Positions 45,301 through 51,845 of a DNA stretch of 51,845 nucleotides are shown here, piece after piece. A model generated the notes under the pieces. The model was not told where the DNA came from and ran no database searches. It worked only from the letters and a program-made list of their open reading frames with translations. This DNA comes from Escherichia coli. Lineage in GTDB: Bacteria; Pseudomonadota; Gammaproteobacteria; Enterobacterales; Enterobacteriaceae. Made by a program: the position numbers and the translations under genes. Position 1 is the stretch's first letter. Each line of letters opens with the position of its first letter. The stretch lies in the NCBI RefSeq assembly GCF_003334315.1, contig NZ_QOWR01000030.1, one strand, 5' to 3'.

Positions 45301-46301
45301 CTATTTTGTTCGCTGTTCGAAAGCCGCGCATAAAGCGGCAAGATTTCGGTATGGCGTAAGTTCAGCTTGTTCAGCGCATCGGCGGTATCGCGGATTTCCC
45401 GCTCGCCGCTCATAAAGATCAGAATGTCGCCATGGCTTTCCTGACTCAGTTCGTCTACGGCGTCAAAAATCGCCTGCAACTGATCGCGCTCGGTGTCATC
45501 GGCTTCTTCAACAATCGGGCGATAGCGCACTTCCACCGGATAGGTCCGACCGGAGACTTCAATAATCGGCGCATTATTAAAGTGGCGCGAAAAGCGTTCC
45601 GGGTCGATAGTCGCGGAAGTGATAATGATTTTTAGGTCAGGACGCCGCGGCAGCAACTCTTTCAAATAGCCGAGCAAAAAATCGATATTCAGGCTGCGTT
45701 CGTGCGCTTCGTCAATAATGATAGTGTCGTACTGCATCAGCAGGCGGTCTTGCTGGATCTCCGCCAGCAGGATACCGTCGGTCATCAGCTTGACCATCGT
45801 GTTATCACTTACGTGATCGCTGAAACGCACTTTGTAACCGATGCAACCGCCCGGCTCCGTTTTCAGCTCTTCCGCAATACGGTTCGCCACTGTTCTTGCC
45901 GCCAGACGACGCGGCTGGGTATGGCCGATCAGTCCTTTAATCCCGCGCCCCAGCTCCATACAGATTTTCGGTAACTGAGTCGTTTTACCAGAACCCGTTT
46001 CCCCGGCGACGATCACCACCTGGTGATCACGAATCGCTTCGAGAATGTCCTGTTTTTTCTGACTAACCGGTAAATTGTCAGGATAAGTAATTTCCGGTCG
46101 TGCCGCTTCACGCAGCAGGACTTTCCCTGCCGCCTGGTCAATCTCTTTCGCCATCTCCTGGAAAATGGCCTGTTGTGCATCAGGATTTTTAACCTTCTTC
46201 ACGCCGTGCAGACGGCGAGAAAAACGCAGTCTGTCACGCAGCATCAGCGAATCCAGCCGCTGCTGCAAGGCCGTAAAGGTCAATTTTTGTTGTTCTGTCA
46301 T
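42399..46301 (-). CDS. hrpA: ATP-dependent RNA helicase HrpA (DEAH-box), 1300 aa
   Basis: ORF track; Walker A GETGSGKTTQ, DEAH box, HA2/OB domains. Confidence 0.95.
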   Translation of the reverse strand: MTEQQKLTFTALQQRLDSLMLRDRLRFSRRLHGVKKVKNPDAQQAIFQEMAKEIDQAAGKVLLREAARPEITYPDNLPVSQKKQDILEAIRDHQVVIVAGETGSGKTTQLPKICMELGRGIKGLIGHTQPRRLAARTVANRIAEELKTEPGGCIGYKVRFSDHVSDNTMVKLMTDGILLAEIQQDRLLMQYDTIIIDEAHERSLNIDFLLGYLKELLPRRPDLKIIITSATIDPERFSRHFNNAPIIEVSGRTYPVEVRYRPIVEEADDTERDQLQAIFDAVDELSQESHGDILIFMSGEREIRDTADALNKLNLRHTEILPLYARLSNSEQNRVFQSHSGRRIVLATNVAETSLTVPGIKYVIDPGTARISRYSYRTKVQRLPIEPISQASANQRKGRCGRVSEGICIRLYYEDDFLSRPEFTDPEILRTNLASVILQMTALGLGDIAAFPFVEAPDKRNIQDGVRLLEELGAITTDEQASAYKLTPLGRQLSQLPVDPRLARMVLEAQKHGCVREAMIITSALSIQDPRERPMDKQQASDEKHRRFHDKESDFLAFVNLWNYLGEQQKALSSNAFRRLCRTDYLNYLRVREWQDIYTQLRQVVKELGIPVNSEPAEYREIHIALLTGLLSHIGMKDADKQEYTGARNARFSIFPGSGLFKKPPKWVMVAELVETSRLWGRIAARIDPEWVEPVAQHLIKRTYSEPHWERAQGAVMATEKVTVYGLPIVAARKVNYSQIDPALCRELFIRHALVEGDWQTRHAFFRENLKLRAEVEELEHKSRRRDILVDDETLFEFYDQRISHDVISARHFDSWWKKVSRETPDLLNFEKSMLIKEGAEKISKLDYPNFWHQGNLKLRLSYQFEPGADADGVTVHIPLPLLNQVEESGFEWQIPGLRRELVIALIKSLPKPVRRNFVPAPNYAEAFLGRVKPLELPLLDSLERELRRMTGVTVDREDWHWDQVPDHLKITFRVVDDKNKKLKEGRSLQDLKDALKGKVQETLSAVADDGIEQSGLHIWSFGQLPESYEQKRGNYKVKAWPALVDERDSVAIKLFDNPLEQKQAMWNGLRRLLLLNIPSPIKYLHEKLPNKAKLGLYFNPYGKVLELIDDCISCGVDKLIDANGGPVWTEEGFAALHEKVRAELNDTVVDIAKQVEQILTAVFNINKRLKGRVDMTMALGLSDIKAQMGGLVYRGFVTGNGFKRLGDTLRYLQAIEKRLEKLAVDPHRDRAQMLKVENVQQAWQQWINKLPPARREDEDVKEIRWMIEELRVSYFAQQLGTPYPISDKRILQAMEQISG

Positions 46302-46492
46302 AACGTTAGTGGGCAGTAGTCTGCCTGATTAATTTTCTTTTAAATGATAGATATAGAGTACCACATCGCGGCTTTCTATGCGTTGTTCAATAAATTCGAA
46401 CATAGGCTTCGATTTATTGCGCTATCTCTGTGGCAGGATTGTGAATAAAGTGTCAACAAGCAACGGGGCATCGCCCATTCAAACATCTATAA

Positions 46493-47107
<615 letters not shown>

Positions 47108-47160
47108 CCGGACACGGTCTTGATGTGGACTGTAGATATTCAGTCCACATCTCAATCCAC

Positions 47161-50131
<2,971 letters not shown>

Positions 50132-50301
50132 TATCAATCCTTGATAATTCGGTTTGCGCTATGGTGCATCAATTCCCCTGACGGAGATATCGCAACACGC
50201 CGCTTCATTAAAAATTCAGAATATATCAAGGTATTGGGGACTCACTGTCAGGAATAATTATCCCCAATTAATCAAAGGGTTAAGAAATATTACGTTGTGG
50301 A

Positions 50302-51641
50302 TCAATACAACTCATCAAGTTTTCTCATCGCTTGTTCCCGTATTGCGCGCGTCTTACCGTTAAGCGCCAGCTGGCGGACTAAATCCAGTTCAGGGTTAAC
50401 AAGCTCTAACGCCAGCAAAGGATCACGTTTCAGCCTCGCCTTTAATACATCAACTGGAAAACGGGGATTATTCATCGCCACAATCCACCACTCGGGATCA
50501 ATTTCTGCCGCCAGTACTGCAGGCGGTGTGTGGCGGTTGTTAAGTGCGCCGAACTTGAAAAATGTGAGATTGCTTTTCGCCAGTGTACTCCACCATATAC
50601 GATCCGGTTGTTTTGCCAGTACATCCAGTTGTGCTAACGCATCGGGGTCGAGTGCATAATAGACGCGTAATGCTTCATCAACCTGCGCACGGGAGCTGTT
50701 TTCCTGCCTCAGAAAAAACTTCGCCCAAATATCATTGCGTGGCGTATTTTGCTGTAATTCCTTGAGGACAACAGCGGGTAAATTATCCCAACTAACTAAT
50801 GCACTCTCTAAAAAGTCCCAGTCTTCCGAACGTATCAGAGAGGTGGCATTTAATAGCATCTGGTCATCAACTTCACCGTAGCTGATAAGCTCAGACAAAA
50901 TCATATCAGCGCTGGTTTCATATGCAGCTGAATCTGCTTTCGGATTATTTTTCCGATGTGATAAAGCACGTTGCCAAATTTTTTGTTTCATCGCCGTACT
51001 CAGATACTGATTTTTCGCCAGATTACTCCACCCCTCAGGATCGTTGAAACGTGTCAATAACCGTTGTAAAGCAGCGTCAGAGTGAATTACCTGCATATCC
51101 CGACAGCAAAAGTAGGCAGGGGATTTTTTCTCCATCCTTTTAACAAAATTAAACTGTAAGTTATCTGGCAATGCTAAAAATAACACATGTATTAGATCAT
51201 CGTCATTCTCGAATTTTTGGTATAAATAGGCTGCAACTTTGTCACTCTCTTGTGGCGTCATCCGCAATAATTGACCATGGTGTTTCATCTCTGCCAGCTT
51301 GAACGCTAAGCTTGTGACAACATTGTTTGATGAATCGTTCGCCAACTGCATTGCCTGATTGTAGGTGAGTTGTCCTCCAGCACCGACCTGACGAATAGAG
51401 GAATCATCACTGCGGATATAGCCATCAATAATGGATTCAGGCAATAACCACGCATCTTTATAAAGCTCCTGAATGATCATATCCCAATCTCTTTTCGCCA
51501 GAGTCATTACGATATCCAGAGGGAGATTTTCACGTAGCGCAAGATTCAACGGACCGACACCATCAGGTAGACGACTCATTCGCGTCATTATTTCGACAGA
51601 GAGCGGTTCACGGTCGAGCAACCCCAGAACAACAGGCTGGT
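50302..51641 (-). pseudogene. HEAT/LRV-repeat protein gene truncated at its 5' end by IS1 (possibly ydbD remnant)
   Basis: 439-aa ORF from first TTG (50302..51621); the frame stays open upstream to the IS1 end at 51642 with no plausible native start; helical repeats (PxxVLxxLAxDPD...). Confidence 0.5.
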
Positions 51642-51845
51642 GGTGATGATGCCAACTTACTGATTTAGTGTATGATGGTGTTTTTGAGGTGCTCCAGTGG
51701 CTTCTGTTTCTATCAGCTGTCCCTCCTGTTCAGCTACTGACGGGGTGGTGCGTAACGGCAAAAGCACCGCCGGACATCAGCGCTATCTCTGCTCTCACTG
51801 CCGTAAAACATGGCAACTGCAGTTCACTTACACCGCTTCTCAACC
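51642..51845 (+). mobile_element. IS1 insertion sequence, left end (partial; continues beyond window)
   Basis: ggtgatgatgccaacttactgatttagtgtatgatggtgtttttgaggtgctccagtggcttctgtttctatcagctgtccctcctg... matches the IS1 terminal inverted repeat (one mismatch) and the insA leader/coding sequence. Confidence 0.9.
51697..51845 (+). CDS. insA: IS1 InsA (partial, 5' portion)
   Basis: GTG at 51697 then [48 protein letters not shown]..., the zinc-finger N-terminus of InsA. Confidence 0.85.
   Translation, partial: MASVSISCPSCSATDGVVRNGKSTAGHQRYLCSHCRKTWQLQFTYTASQ

Noticed and set aside
44433-45359. 308-aa plus-strand ORF opposite hrpA (and similar ORFs at 42465..43197)
   Set aside because: Antisense to the 1300-aa helicase gene; Arg/His-rich translation typical of shadow frames.
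47123-47150. 10-bp inverted repeat atgtggactg...cagtccacat between azoR and ynbD as a terminator
   Set aside because: No U-run on either strand; could be a protein-binding palindrome but there is nothing to support a specific call.

Overview
This window reads as an Escherichia coli K-12-like chromosomal segment, recognised from the encoded proteins and presented reverse-complemented relative to the usual K-12 map. It runs from a vgr/rhs-adjacent AT-rich region through yncH-yncG-ansP, yncE/yncD, mcbR-curA, mnaT-ydcZ, ortT, the ydcR/ydcSTUV-patD cluster, hicAB, ydcP, ydcNO, an IS609 copy, ydcL, tehAB, ydcK, rimL, opgD, ydcJ, ydcI, trg, hokB/mokB/sokB, ydcA, rydC, cybB, the gapC pseudogene, aldA, ydcF, hrpA, azoR and ynbD/ynbC, and ends inside an IS1 copy. 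Most genes are core metabolism, transport and regulation. I found no CRISPR array, tRNA, rRNA or prophage. I did not find a convincing multi-gene novel system. The places that depart from what I expect for K-12, and so deserve a second look, are: (1) an AT-rich ~1.35 kb island carrying a lone Vat/CatB-like xenobiotic acetyltransferase between yncL and patD; (2) IS609 with a nonsense-disrupted tnpA but an apparently intact TnpB (RuvC D/E/D and zinc finger present); (3) an apparently chimeric ORF joining a CDP-alcohol-phosphatidyltransferase-like membrane N-terminus to a truncated hydrolase/methyltransferase, with no ynbB-like gene; (4) an IS1 copy truncating a HEAT/LRV-repeat ORF. All gene names are from my recollection of K-12 protein sequences, not from a database search, and the ORF track counts GTG/TTG as starts, so several starts were trimmed to match remembered protein lengths.
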